Below are positions 10,048 to 18,799 of a stretch of DNA of 38,096 nt, one piece after another. Where the stretch lies: IMG/VR virus record IMGVR_UViG_3300020042_006745, positions 1-38,096 of that record. One strand, given 5' to 3'. How positions within the stretch are numbered: position 1 is the first letter of the stretch; every line of letters starts with the position of its first letter. The stretch is from a virus. Lineage: Duplodnaviria; Caudoviricetes. Position numbers and translations under genes: made by a program. The notes under the pieces were generated by a model. That model had not been told where the DNA came from. It searched no databases and worked only from the letters and a program-made list of their open reading frames with translations.

Positions 10048-10286
10048 AATGGTTAAAGTCACTACTAAGTTCTGAAGGAGATGCAAGTACAAAAAGGGTT
10101 AGTGCAATACTCTCTCTACTTGTTTGCATATCGTTGGCATACGTTGCTACATTCACTTCCTATCGATGTCCTGACTATATGTTTGAGGGCCTTCTTGTTA
10201 TAGCAGGAGGAGGTTTGGGACTTACGGTTATTGAGAGTATCTTTACACGATATAAGAAGAAGGATGACACACCATCCGAACAATAA
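10044..10286 (+). CDS. Two-TM holin-like protein
   Basis: Two hydrophobic helices and a charged C-terminal tail (RYKKKDD), in lysis-cassette context. Confidence 0.6.
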   Translation: MKWLKSLLSSEGDASTKRVSAILSLLVCISLAYVATFTSYRCPDYMFEGLLVIAGGGLGLTVIESIFTRYKKKDDTPSEQ

Positions 10287-10302
10287 CAAATAAAAAAAAC
10301 AT

Positions 10303-11118
10303 ATGAAATGTTCTTTACCATTCTCTCTCTCCAAGGAGGAGAAAAGTCTCATTGAACTATATACGGCCATAAGCGATTCTGTAAACACAGGAGACATCAG
10401 ATGGCAAATCTTTAAGGAAGAGTCTATCGCTCCCAAGAGTGTGAAGGTCACAGGATATATGACCATTGCCGACAAGAAGAGCGACACTTTCTCTGTGGTA
10501 TGTGAGGAAGAGAAGCCGAGAGAGGCCCTCATTGCAATTGCCAACATGAAACTTCTCGTTATGACCTGCACGTCTCTAGGTATACCTATTGACTTTGAAT
10601 TTGAGAAGCCAAAGAAGGAGACTGAGTTCAGGCCAATCAAAAGTTGGAAGGTGGTAGCAGAAGAGCATGGGATAGATCCGGTGGAGGTCATCAAATGCCA
10701 AGACCTACGATCTCTCACCCGATATTGTAAACCATCTAAGTTCCCAATAGCACAAGCTTTGGAGGCAACCTCGCAGAAGTTTAACTCCGAGAGAGTTACC
10801 GTTAAGCAGTTCTTTGAGTTCATTTGGGGTGAGGAGAACTACAACAGAGTTCGAACCCTCTCCTCCAAAAAGAAGAAGGCAAGGACCATAAGTGTACCTC
10901 AAGTTGAGGAGGTTGAAGAGGTAGAAGAAATAAACGCAGAGAACCGAGGTCACCAAGACACAAAATATGTGATGGGGAAATTAATCTCGGCAGGAATTAA
11001 TAGTTTAAATTTTGAAGAGAAGGCAATAATAATGTCTGAAAGATATGGTAATTTTCAGTATTTTTGTATGAACGCATCCGATGATGAGATTGCGTCTGTA
11101 CTAATGCTTGAGCAATGA
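10303..11118 (+). CDS. Hypothetical protein
   Basis: 271-aa ORF with an A-rich start; its stop overlaps the next gene. Confidence 0.7.
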   Translation: MKCSLPFSLSKEEKSLIELYTAISDSVNTGDIRWQIFKEESIAPKSVKVTGYMTIADKKSDTFSVVCEEEKPREALIAIANMKLLVMTCTSLGIPIDFEFEKPKKETEFRPIKSWKVVAEEHGIDPVEVIKCQDLRSLTRYCKPSKFPIAQALEATSQKFNSERVTVKQFFEFIWGEENYNRVRTLSSKKKKARTISVPQVEEVEEVEEINAENRGHQDTKYVMGKLISAGINSLNFEEKAIIMSERYGNFQYFCMNASDDEIASVLMLEQ

Positions 11119-14100
11119 ATGTAAATGTAACGAAAATACAGCGTTTAACCAACGGGATAGTCCAGTTTTACAACGGATCAGATATTGTAGATTCTTTCAA
11201 CATTACAAGCTCTGTCTCTGTTGGATCTGAGAGCAATACAGCCAAGACAATTGTATTCTCAAACAGCGTAAAGACTCTCTCTTTCAATGTATTTAATGTA
11301 ATTGCCATCTACGGAGCGACAAGCAATAAAATATACTCAGCAGGGGTAGACCCATCTGACACAAGTACGGCATACATAAGCCGACTTTACGACATATACG
11401 CCTTTTTAATTTCAGACGTTATCCAAGGATGTTGCCCTGGGCCTACCTTTGTTGGAGGAGTTGTGGCGGCTTATCCCGACTACTTCTCTTTTCCTGCTGT
11501 AGGTACTCCCTCAGTAATTTATATTGACGAGTCTACCGGGATAGCATACTATTGGGATGGCGGTGCTTATCACGAATTAGTTTCAGGAACTGCTCCTACC
11601 CCTTTAGGGTATTACGGAGCGTGGCAAGATAACGTAACTCAAACTGCAACTGTTGACAACACAGGTTACGCAATGATTTTTAGAACTACTGATTTAGCCA
11701 ACGGTATCTCGGTAATTACTAATGGAACTGACTTAACGAGAATTACCTTCGCTCACACAGGTGTGTACAACCTTCAGTTCTCATCTCAATTTCAAAATAC
11801 AAATACCGCAGACGAAGATGTAACCATATGGTTGAGATTAAATGGAGTTGATGTTCCAGGTAGTGCAGGTAAATTATCAGTACCAAGTAAGCATGGCTCT
11901 ATAAATGGGCATACTATATCATCGTGGAATTATTTACTAGATGTTGTTGGAGGGCAATATTATGAATTAGTTTGGAGTACAACAAGTGCTTTAAATGTTA
12001 CCATGCAGTTTTTTGCAGCAGGATCTCCTCCTCCATCAGCTGCTTCAGTAATCTTAACAGTTACTCAGCAGGCAGGTATATTGGCAGGTACAGGTATTAC
12101 CGCCATTAACTCATTGACAGGAGCTGTTCAAACGCTAGCAACAGGAACAGCAGGAACAGACTTTGCCATTTCCTCAACAGGAACTACCCATACATTCAAT
12201 TTACCAACAGCAAGCGCAGCTAATAGAGGTGCTTTAAGTGCAACTGATTGGACTACCTTTAATTCAAAAGTACCAGCTACTCGCAGCCTCACAATTAACG
12301 GTACAACGCAAGACCTTTCAGCAGATAGAACATTCACGATAGCGACAGGGTTAACAGTAGGCACTACACCTATCACAAGCGGAACGGTAGGGGGAGTGTT
12401 GTTCGAAGGAACGGGCAATGTATTGCAGGAAGATGCTGGCTTAAATTGGGATAATACGAATAAGCGTTTGAGCCTTGTAAGCACAGGAGATAATCTACTT
12501 AACCTAACACCCCAAGCAAGTGGTAACGCTATTGTATTTAATAATAATAGTTTTATTAAATGGGGAACTGTTTCATACATAAGAGGATTTTCTACTTCTA
12601 CATTATTTAGTGTTTTAAATTCGTCATTCACAAATGTATTTAACATAGGTACTTCATCTGCTTGTTATGTCAATACAGGAAGTAATTTCCTCATCGGCAC
12701 AACAACAGACGCAGGGTACAAGCTTGATGTGAATGGGACGGTTAGAGTGAGTGGATTAACAAGAAGTACAGATGTTTTTGTAGTTGGTGGAGCGGCTACA
12801 ACAAACACAGCCAACGCTCGCTTTTGGTCAGGTGGCGGACAAGCTGTAACAAGTGGATTGTATAGAGGATTCTATACAGATATTGCTTGGATTCCTACAA
12901 GTGGAAGTGCTGAATGGTACGGTTTAGATTTAAGACCTACAATTAATCAAACAGGAACGGCAAATGGAATAACAAGAGGTTTATACATTGCACCAACGCT
13001 CACAGCAGCGGCAGATTTCAGAGCAATTGAAACAACGGCGGGTAATGTACTCTTCGGAGCTTCAGGGACAGGATTCTTTTGGGATAATACGAACGCAAGG
13101 TTGGGGATTGGTACGGCTTCGCCATTAGCGGCAATTCAAAATACAGGAACAACTATTTTAAGTGGGGCGGTAGCAATCAACTCAACAAATACCGCGACAG
13201 GCTTTGCTTTATTTGTAAACGGAGTTATGCGTGCGTCGAGCGTTACGCTTTCCGAAAATTTAACAATGGGCGAGAATTTCGCTATTAGTAATAACGGAAA
13301 TCAGACTATTGACATTGACGCAAACAACAACCAAACAAATGCAGTTTTTCGCGTAACGAATAACGGAACGGCTAACGAGATTTTCCGCGCAAATGAAGCG
13401 GGTAATTTTATGATAGGCACAACAACAGACGCAGGGTACAAGCTCGATGTGAATGGAACAACAAGAACATCAAGAGTAGATTCATTAACAAATCAATCGT
13501 TTACAATTCAGTACCAAGGTAGTGGAAATCAAACGGGAAATTTAGGAGACAACACAGCTCAAATTCGTTTCATTAACAATTTAGCTACAACATCAACAAC
13601 AGGAACAAATCACTTCCTTTCAATTTTACCTTCATTTGCACCAACAAGCGGAACAACAATATGGAACGCTGCTTTAATTAATCCAACGATTAATCAAACT
13701 GGTGGCGCAAGTGGAATAACGCGAGGTCTTTACATCAATCCAACGCTAACAGCAGCAGCAGACTTTAGAGCAATTGAAACAACTGTCGGTAAGGTATGCT
13801 TGAATACTACAAGCGGCAATACAATGATAGGCACAACAACTGATGCTGGCTTTAAGTTAGATGTGAATGGAACGGGGCGAATTAACACGCTGACAATTGG
13901 TTTAGGCGGTGGACAGGTTTCAACAAATATGTCTTTTGGTGTTGCCTCAATGACTGCAACAGCAACTGGAGGTAATAACATTGCAATTGGATTTGAAGCA
14001 GGGCAAAGTATAACAAGCGGAAATTCAAATGTAGCAATCGGATTTCAAGCGTTACGATTTAACAATACAGGCGCGAGCAATGTTGTCATCGGAAAGTCAG

Positions 14101-14573
14101 CAGGTAACGCAATTACAGGTGCTGCTCAAAATACAGCCATTGGAAATGAAGCGCTTATTTCCAACACTACTTCGAATAACAATACAGCCATTGGTTCACA
14201 ATCATTAATGAATGTAACGGGTGCTGCAAATACTGCTATCGGGGTATGGTCGGGAAGACATATCGCAGACGGCTCAACTGCCAACACAACAGGAAGCAAT
14301 AGTGTATTTTTAGGACAACAGACAAGAGCTTTGGCTAATGGTCAAACTAATCAAATAGTAATCGGATTTGACACAACAGGAGCGGGGAGTAATACTGCAA
14401 CACTTGGAAACACATCTATTGTAGACACGATTTTAAGAGGTCGCGTAAACATTCAACAATACGCAACAGGCTCACGCCCTACTTATGTTAAAGGTGCTTT
14501 GATTTATGACAGCACTTTAGGCAAATTGGTAGTAGGTGGTAATGCAGGTTGGGAAGTAGTAACATCAGCATAA
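11115..14573 (+). CDS. Tail fibre / receptor-binding protein with internal repeats
   Basis: 1152 aa, Gly/Thr/Asn-rich. Three IGTTTDAG(Y/F)KLDVNGT repeats, two PTINQTG...TRGLYI.PTLTAAADFRAIETT repeats, and C-terminal N(T/V)AIG beta-helix repeats. Confidence 0.8.
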   Translation: MNVNVTKIQRLTNGIVQFYNGSDIVDSFNITSSVSVGSESNTAKTIVFSNSVKTLSFNVFNVIAIYGATSNKIYSAGVDPSDTSTAYISRLYDIYAFLISDVIQGCCPGPTFVGGVVAAYPDYFSFPAVGTPSVIYIDESTGIAYYWDGGAYHELVSGTAPTPLGYYGAWQDNVTQTATVDNTGYAMIFRTTDLANGISVITNGTDLTRITFAHTGVYNLQFSSQFQNTNTADEDVTIWLRLNGVDVPGSAGKLSVPSKHGSINGHTISSWNYLLDVVGGQYYELVWSTTSALNVTMQFFAAGSPPPSAASVILTVTQQAGILAGTGITAINSLTGAVQTLATGTAGTDFAISSTGTTHTFNLPTASAANRGALSATDWTTFNSKVPATRSLTINGTTQDLSADRTFTIATGLTVGTTPITSGTVGGVLFEGTGNVLQEDAGLNWDNTNKRLSLVSTGDNLLNLTPQASGNAIVFNNNSFIKWGTVSYIRGFSTSTLFSVLNSSFTNVFNIGTSSACYVNTGSNFLIGTTTDAGYKLDVNGTVRVSGLTRSTDVFVVGGAATTNTANARFWSGGGQAVTSGLYRGFYTDIAWIPTSGSAEWYGLDLRPTINQTGTANGITRGLYIAPTLTAAADFRAIETTAGNVLFGASGTGFFWDNTNARLGIGTASPLAAIQNTGTTILSGAVAINSTNTATGFALFVNGVMRASSVTLSENLTMGENFAISNNGNQTIDIDANNNQTNAVFRVTNNGTANEIFRANEAGNFMIGTTTDAGYKLDVNGTTRTSRVDSLTNQSFTIQYQGSGNQTGNLGDNTAQIRFINNLATTSTTGTNHFLSILPSFAPTSGTTIWNAALINPTINQTGGASGITRGLYINPTLTAAADFRAIETTVGKVCLNTTSGNTMIGTTTDAGFKLDVNGTGRINTLTIGLGGGQVSTNMSFGVASMTATATGGNNIAIGFEAGQSITSGNSNVAIGFQALRFNNTGASNVVIGKSAGNAITGAAQNTAIGNEALISNTTSNNNTAIGSQSLMNVTGAANTAIGVWSGRHIADGSTANTTGSNSVFLGQQTRALANGQTNQIVIGFDTTGAGSNTATLGNTSIVDTILRGRVNIQQYATGSRPTYVKGALIYDSTLGKLVVGGNAGWEVVTSA

Positions 14574-14592
14574 TAACAAACAATATAAAACA

Positions 14593-14862
14593 ATGGCTAA
14601 AATTCAACCAATCGTCTTTCCTTTAAATGCAGGAACAGCAACAGAGATGAGTGTACTCATTCTCAACTTCGACACAAGCGCAACAACTTGCACAACTTAT
14701 TATGAGTTAAAATCTGAGGCAACTGAGGAAGTGCCTGCGAAGGTTTTGAGCAATGGTAACTACACGCTAACCGAAGAAGAGTTCGCAGCGTGGGGCTTTG
14801 ACAACGAGTATGTCGCAGAGTGCGTAGCGAACGCAATAGGTGTAACAATTTTATCTTTCTAA
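14593..14862 (+). CDS. Small tail-fibre-associated protein (possible chaperone)
   Basis: 89-aa acidic ORF immediately after the tail fibre gene. Confidence 0.55.
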   Translation: MAKIQPIVFPLNAGTATEMSVLILNFDTSATTCTTYYELKSEATEEVPAKVLSNGNYTLTEEEFAAWGFDNEYVAECVANAIGVTILSF

Positions 14863-14863
14863 T

Positions 14864-14992
14864 ATGAACTTAACAGAGGAACATTTGAAGCAGTTAGATG
14901 CTTTCATTCAAGAGATGCCTGTCAAATTTGGCTTACCATTGATTCAATTCTTCAACAAGATAAAAGAGGAGCAAGAGAAACAAGATGCCTAA
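14864..14992 (+). CDS. Small hypothetical protein (42 aa, not in ORF track)
   Basis: MNLTEEHLKQLDAFIQEMPVKFGLPLIQFFNKIKEEQEKQDA, starting 1 nt after the previous stop. Confidence 0.6.
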   Translation: MNLTEEHLKQLDAFIQEMPVKFGLPLIQFFNKIKEEQEKQDA

Positions 14993-15018
14993 CGAATCGA
15001 GAATTAAATTTATTAACA

Positions 15019-15051
15019 TTTGTAATTACAAAAGATTATTTTGTATATTTG
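15019..15051 (+). promoter_or_regulatory. Full Bacteroidota sigma-70 promoter TTTG-N21-TATATTTG
   Basis: TTTG at 15019-15022 and TATATTTG at 15044-15051. Confidence 0.7.
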
Positions 15052-15101
15052 CAATGTTCAATTGTTTCTCATAGATTTATTGATTATTTATTAGGTTACA
15101 T

Positions 15102-15132
15102 ATAAGGGGGAGCAATCCTCCTTATTTGTTTT
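15102..15132 (+). terminator. Intrinsic terminator-like hairpin with GCAA tetraloop
   Basis: ATAAGGGGGA-GCAA-TCCTCCTTAT followed by TTGTTTT. Confidence 0.65.
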
Positions 15133-15145
15133 AAACACAACGCCC

Positions 15146-15565
15146 ATGAAGTGCCAAGCCGAGGAGTGTTTTTGTACGGATTTCAATCGTGCATTCTGTA
15201 AGAACTACAGGGAGGATGCAAAACCTAAGTCCAAAGGTCTCAAGAGAACTGATTTCAAAAAGAAGTATAAGCCTACTGGGGAGATGGATCTCTTCAAACA
15301 TCTATGGGAGAGTCGTAAGCATCGTTGTTATGTAACCGGAAGAGAGTTGGAGTTCTCCCCATCAATTTGTTTTCACATTTTAGGCAAGGGAGCCTTTCCT
15401 GCCTATCGTCTCAATCCATCCAATATCATCTTTGTTAATGCGGAGTATCACACAGATTGGCACACCATGTCGAGAGAAAAACTCTTGCAGAAGGATAAGA
15501 GGTGGGAATATGTATTCAAGCTTTACGGGATCCTCAAGATTGCGTATTACAGCGAAGGTTTATAG
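15146..15565 (+). CDS. HNH/His-Me finger nuclease (NinG-like)
   Basis: CYVTG...FHILGKGAFPAYRLNPSNI...YHTDWH. Confidence 0.6.
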   Translation: MKCQAEECFCTDFNRAFCKNYREDAKPKSKGLKRTDFKKKYKPTGEMDLFKHLWESRKHRCYVTGRELEFSPSICFHILGKGAFPAYRLNPSNIIFVNAEYHTDWHTMSREKLLQKDKRWEYVFKLYGILKIAYYSEGL

Positions 15566-15743
15566 TGTGGTTCTTGCACAGCCTGATCTGATTAGAGTCA
15601 AAGTGTTTTATCTCTCCAGTCTCCTCCAAGGCCACAACCCACACAGTATTATTCTGCATTCCGTAGTCCATGAGGAATAGAGCAATTCCCTCACCTAACT
15701 CCGTCTCTACCCAAAGCACCTGTTGTATTTCATGTATAATCAT
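15534..15743 (-). CDS. Hypothetical protein (likely start MIIHEIQQ at 15743)
   Basis: ORF with a TAAATTTG promoter element 5 nt upstream of this ATG. Confidence 0.6.
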   Translation of the reverse strand: MIIHEIQQVLWVETELGEGIALFLMDYGMQNNTVWVVALEETGEIKHFDSNQIRLCKNHTINLRCNTQS

Positions 15744-15744
15744 C

Positions 15745-15772
15745 GTAACAAATTTAGTGTTATATTTGTTAC
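15745..15772. promoter_or_regulatory. Back-to-back divergent -7 promoter elements forming a near-palindrome
   Basis: GTAACAAATTTA-GTGT-TATATTTGTTAC contains TAnnTTTG on both strands. Confidence 0.6.
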
Positions 15773-16063
15773 ATGAGAAATTCATTAGCAGGAACTAAAA
15801 AAGGCAAGTCAGAGAGTGCCAAATACTTTCAGTCAAATCCAAAGGCTAAGGCTAAAAAGGATGAGTATAACAAAGAATATCACTCTACTCCCGAGAGACG
15901 TAAGTATCGTTCAAAACTGAACAAAGAGAATCGTAAAGCAGGAACTTACGGCAACAAGGATGGTAAAGACATGAGCCATACTAAAGTTGGTAAGGTTGTA
16001 AAAGAAATCTTCTCAAAAAATCGTGCTAGAAATGGAAAAGGCGGCACTCCACGTTTGAAGTAA
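15773..16063 (+). CDS. Basic protein, degenerate HNH-like
   Basis: Lys/Arg-rich; GNKDGKDMSH...SKNRARN resembles small phage HNH-like proteins. Confidence 0.55.
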   Translation: MRNSLAGTKKGKSESAKYFQSNPKAKAKKDEYNKEYHSTPERRKYRSKLNKENRKAGTYGNKDGKDMSHTKVGKVVKEIFSKNRARNGKGGTPRLK

Positions 16064-16086
16064 CCGCCTTCGCTCAACAGTAAAAA

Positions 16087-16419
16087 TCACTCGAGAGGGA
16101 TGATAGTAACCTCCCAAAACTCTTTACCTCGTGGGACAATCAGTTTGTAGAGATGGATCTCATAAACATCCTTGTCATTAAACTCATATTTCTTCTGCAT
16201 AATATCCAACACTAACTTAGTAGGGTTGTCTACATCTGATGCTTTGTTAGAAAAGCCATACCTTATGTGAAGTGCAACCTTGCCTTGAGGAAATCGTAGC
16301 CGGGGCATCATCAATAGGCATGACTTTTCGTAATTGTTATAATCGCTTGTCTTAAATCTCCTTCCCTGGAAGGCTTTGTTTATGGACAGAGGTTTTATAT
16401 TGACCTTTATTGTATTCAT
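16087..16419 (-). CDS. rusA: RusA-like Holliday junction resolvase
   Basis: PLSIN, DVDNPTKLVLD and NDKDVY motifs. Confidence 0.8.
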   Translation of the reverse strand: MNTIKVNIKPLSINKAFQGRRFKTSDYNNYEKSCLLMMPRLRFPQGKVALHIRYGFSNKASDVDNPTKLVLDIMQKKYEFNDKDVYEIHLYKLIVPRGKEFWEVTIIPLE

Positions 16420-16726
16420 CTGTGTTCAAGAAAACATTTATAACCCTCTCTCTCATCTCCTGATCTTCTATAAACGATAGAGCCTCGAACAAATGAGGTG
16501 TGGTTGTGTTCTCGTGTGTAAATTTAATGAATGTTGGGTTAATTGCTTCAATATGCCCTTCATAGTTTTCAATAAGAGCCACAGTTTCTCCAGAAAAAAT
16601 ACCCCAAGCGTGGAAGTAACCTACGTTTGAGTTTTTGAATGTTATAACTTGGTACTCTCCGTTCCACATATAACAAAGACCATCATCAATTTGGATATCG
16701 TTCCAATACCTAACCTTCCTTCTCAT
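16352..16726 (-). CDS. Hypothetical protein
   Basis: 124-aa ORF in a tightly packed minus-strand operon. Confidence 0.6.
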   Translation of the reverse strand: MRRKVRYWNDIQIDDGLCYMWNGEYQVITFKNSNVGYFHAWGIFSGETVALIENYEGHIEAINPTFIKFTHENTTTPHLFEALSFIEDQEMRERVINVFLNTDEYNKGQYKTSVHKQSLPGKEI

Positions 16727-16976
16727 TGCCCATTATAAGTAAGACAGCAGACTCCATTATGTAGCCAACCTTTATACCTTTTTCTTCCATGTATACAGGA
16801 GTCTTCTCGCTGAATCGGATGATGTCTCCAAGTCGAACCTCTTCAATCTCTGGCCCTACCTCAATTACTTTCCCTTCGATAATTTGTGATCCGAGGTGAG
16901 ATAAATCAAGTGTGGATGATTCTACTCTTCCCTGTTCAATGGGAAGAAATTTGATTCTGTCTGATAGCGTTTTCAT
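16710..16976 (-). CDS. GroES/Cpn10-like co-chaperonin
   Basis: KTLSDRI...EGKVIEVGPEIEEVRLGDIIRF...IMESAVL; 88 aa. Confidence 0.7.
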   Translation of the reverse strand: MKTLSDRIKFLPIEQGRVESSTLDLSHLGSQIIEGKVIEVGPEIEEVRLGDIIRFSEKTPVYMEEKGIKVGYIMESAVLLIMGNEKEG

Positions 16977-16981
16977 ATGTG

Positions 16982-17431
16982 TTAGTTTAAAAGTTTAACG
17001 GTTAACAATACTCCTCCAACAAAGGATACGGGTATGCCGACAATAGTCAAGGTCTTCCATGTTGTTCTCTTTGCATCGAGGATCCAGTACGAAGACTCTA
17101 ACTCATCGTAGGCATCCTGCTTCAGTTTATACTGCATATCTAAAGCATCGTATTGTTTTGTCTTAGCCTCGAAAGATGTCTTGTAATCATTAGCAATCAT
17201 ATCCAAGGTAGACAATTGATTCTCTAAATTGGCAATCTTACTAGTGTGGTTGATATACATAGAGTGGTAGAACCTCTCGGCTGCGGCTATCTTGTTAATG
17301 ATTTTAATCTCAGTATCCTTCAGGCAGGTCAAAGTATCCTTGTTTATCAAGATCCTTGAACTCGGTGAGGTTAGTTGAGAGAAGACTTGATTGCTGACTA
17401 GGAGTAGCAAGATCAATGTACCTTTTTTCAT
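16982..17431 (-). CDS. Exported coiled-coil protein with signal peptide and C-terminal TM (spanin-like partner)
   Basis: Signal peptide MKKGTLILLLLVSNQVFS|Q, coiled coil and C-terminal hydrophobic helix. Confidence 0.5.
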   Translation of the reverse strand: MKKGTLILLLLVSNQVFSQLTSPSSRILINKDTLTCLKDTEIKIINKIAAAERFYHSMYINHTSKIANLENQLSTLDMIANDYKTSFEAKTKQYDALDMQYKLKQDAYDELESSYWILDAKRTTWKTLTIVGIPVSFVGGVLLTVKLLN

Positions 17432-17690
17432 CTTTGTATTTGGTTTTAGTTTCTTTTGACTTGTTATCTATAACTACCACATCTCCCTTTAGATTCGCTA
17501 GTGTGCGTTGCAATTGGGTAATCTGAACTTGTTTCGCATCTATGACCTTCTGCTGTTCCTCTATTTGATTACGGAGGATTGCATCAGCGTCATTGTTGTC
17601 CTCCATCCCCTTAATGGTAAGTATGTGGATGGTGGCAATGATGGTTAATATACCTACGGCTAGTGCTAAAAACTTGTGGTGATCTTTCAT
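17310..17690 (-). CDS. N-terminal TM plus coiled-coil protein (i-spanin-like)
   Basis: Single N-terminal TM followed by a heptad-rich segment; overlaps the next gene by 122 nt. Confidence 0.5.
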   Translation of the reverse strand: MKDHHKFLALAVGILTIIATIHILTIKGMEDNNDADAILRNQIEEQQKVIDAKQVQITQLQRTLANLKGDVVVIDNKSKETKTKYKDEKRYIDLATPSQQSSLLSTNLTEFKDLDKQGYFDLPEGY

Positions 17691-17815
17691 GGCAGTTGTG
17701 TGTAGATAAAGATAATGATTAGTACAGCAAGTGAGATATAAATCTCACCCTTCTGCTGTGGGTTCAGAGTCCATTCCTTTTTGAATTTTCTCTCGCTCTT
17801 GTAAAGCTTTTTCAT
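17687..17815 (-). CDS. Small membrane peptide (42 aa, not in ORF track)
   Basis: MKKLYKSERKFKKEWTLNPQQKGEIYISLAVLIIIFIYTQLP, with an ATGA overlap with the downstream gene. Confidence 0.5.
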   Translation of the reverse strand: MKKLYKSERKFKKEWTLNPQQKGEIYISLAVLIIIFIYTQLP

Positions 17816-18119
17816 CCTTGTATTTTTTTATTAGTTGTGCAATGTCATGATAAGCAAACCAGGGTAGTGTAGCAATCTCTTCGATAAGATGTTCAGCGTC
17901 ATCCATTGCTCGGAGGTAGTAGTCACCACCCTCAATGTCGAAGAGGGCGGTGGCTAATACTTTATACTTCTGCTCGGCAGCCTTAACGAACTGGTTACCC
18001 TTCATCTTCACCTCCTTCTCCCAAAAGGGTGGGCCTATTTGGTCAGAGATGTTTACAAACGCATTTGCGTGTAGCATAGATGCGATTATTTGATGTCTTT
18101 TATGCTCGTCTAGAATCAT
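17745..18119 (-). CDS. Hypothetical protein
   Basis: 124 aa, ATGA-coupled to the exonuclease gene. Confidence 0.65.
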   Translation of the reverse strand: MILDEHKRHQIIASMLHANAFVNISDQIGPPFWEKEVKMKGNQFVKAAEQKYKVLATALFDIEGGDYYLRAMDDAEHLIEEIATLPWFAYHDIAQLIKKYKDEKALQEREKIQKGMDSEPTAEG

Positions 18120-18799
18120 CGGTTGCCTAACTTTTCGATTAAAAATTGTTTGTATTTAACTGCCATTGCAATGGCGTTGTCCAAAATTTCTTTTGAATCC
18201 GATTGTAAATGTACAGGAATTATCGCTAACTTGTTCTTCCCATCCATTCGTGGATCGTAAGAAATAAACATCCCCTCTTCCTTTCCTGCGACAACCATAT
18301 TCATTTGCAACTGCCACCAATAAGGTTTTCTCTGCTTGAATAGATCATCCTCGTCTGCAATGAGAAGGTTCTGCACATGATTCTCAAAGTTGTATGGACA
18401 CTTAATCTCAATCACACCGAAGCGTGAGCAGATACCATCTGGAGAACCTCCTGCGTGTTCTCCGTAGGGGATAAACCCTACAGAGTCAACACGAGACTCC
18501 ATCATCTCGGCATATAGATTACAAGCCTCAGCCTCATGCTCCACGCCCCAGTCTGTAGCCGCAGAGTTAGTTGTCTGCTCTACACCTGCCATTTCCTCAG
18601 CAACCTTACCCATGATATAAGTCTTGGTGGTCTCGGACAACTCTCCGTTATCTCTCGCTGCCTTCGTCTGAGGTTGAGTCATCAACTTGTATATCTCCGA
18701 TGCGGTGAACTTACCAACACGAGCGTTGAACCAAGCCTGTGAGCGTTGGTCAGACGCTTGTGCTTGTTCCTTTAGGATTTCGTTTAATAGATTACTCAT
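18116..18799 (-). CDS. YqaJ/lambda-exonuclease family recombination nuclease
   Basis: QRSQAWFNARVGKFTASE, WGVEHE, GGSPDG, IEIKCP and YWWQLQ motifs. Likely start is MSNLL at 18799. Confidence 0.9.
   Translation of the reverse strand: MSNLLNEILKEQAQASDQRSQAWFNARVGKFTASEIYKLMTQPQTKAARDNGELSETTKTYIMGKVAEEMAGVEQTTNSAATDWGVEHEAEACNLYAEMMESRVDSVGFIPYGEHAGGSPDGICSRFGVIEIKCPYNFENHVQNLLIADEDDLFKQRKPYWWQLQMNMVVAGKEEGMFISYDPRMDGKNKLAIIPVHLQSDSKEILDNAIAMAVKYKQFLIEKLGNR

Noticed and set aside
10116-10823. 235-aa minus-strand ORF
   Set aside because: It is antisense to two well-packed + strand genes.
11115-14573. Iron-binding HxH tail-fibre motifs linked to ferritin, or a DGR target
   Set aside because: No HxH repeats were seen. 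The repeat copies do not differ specifically at adenines, and no reverse transcriptase is in the window.
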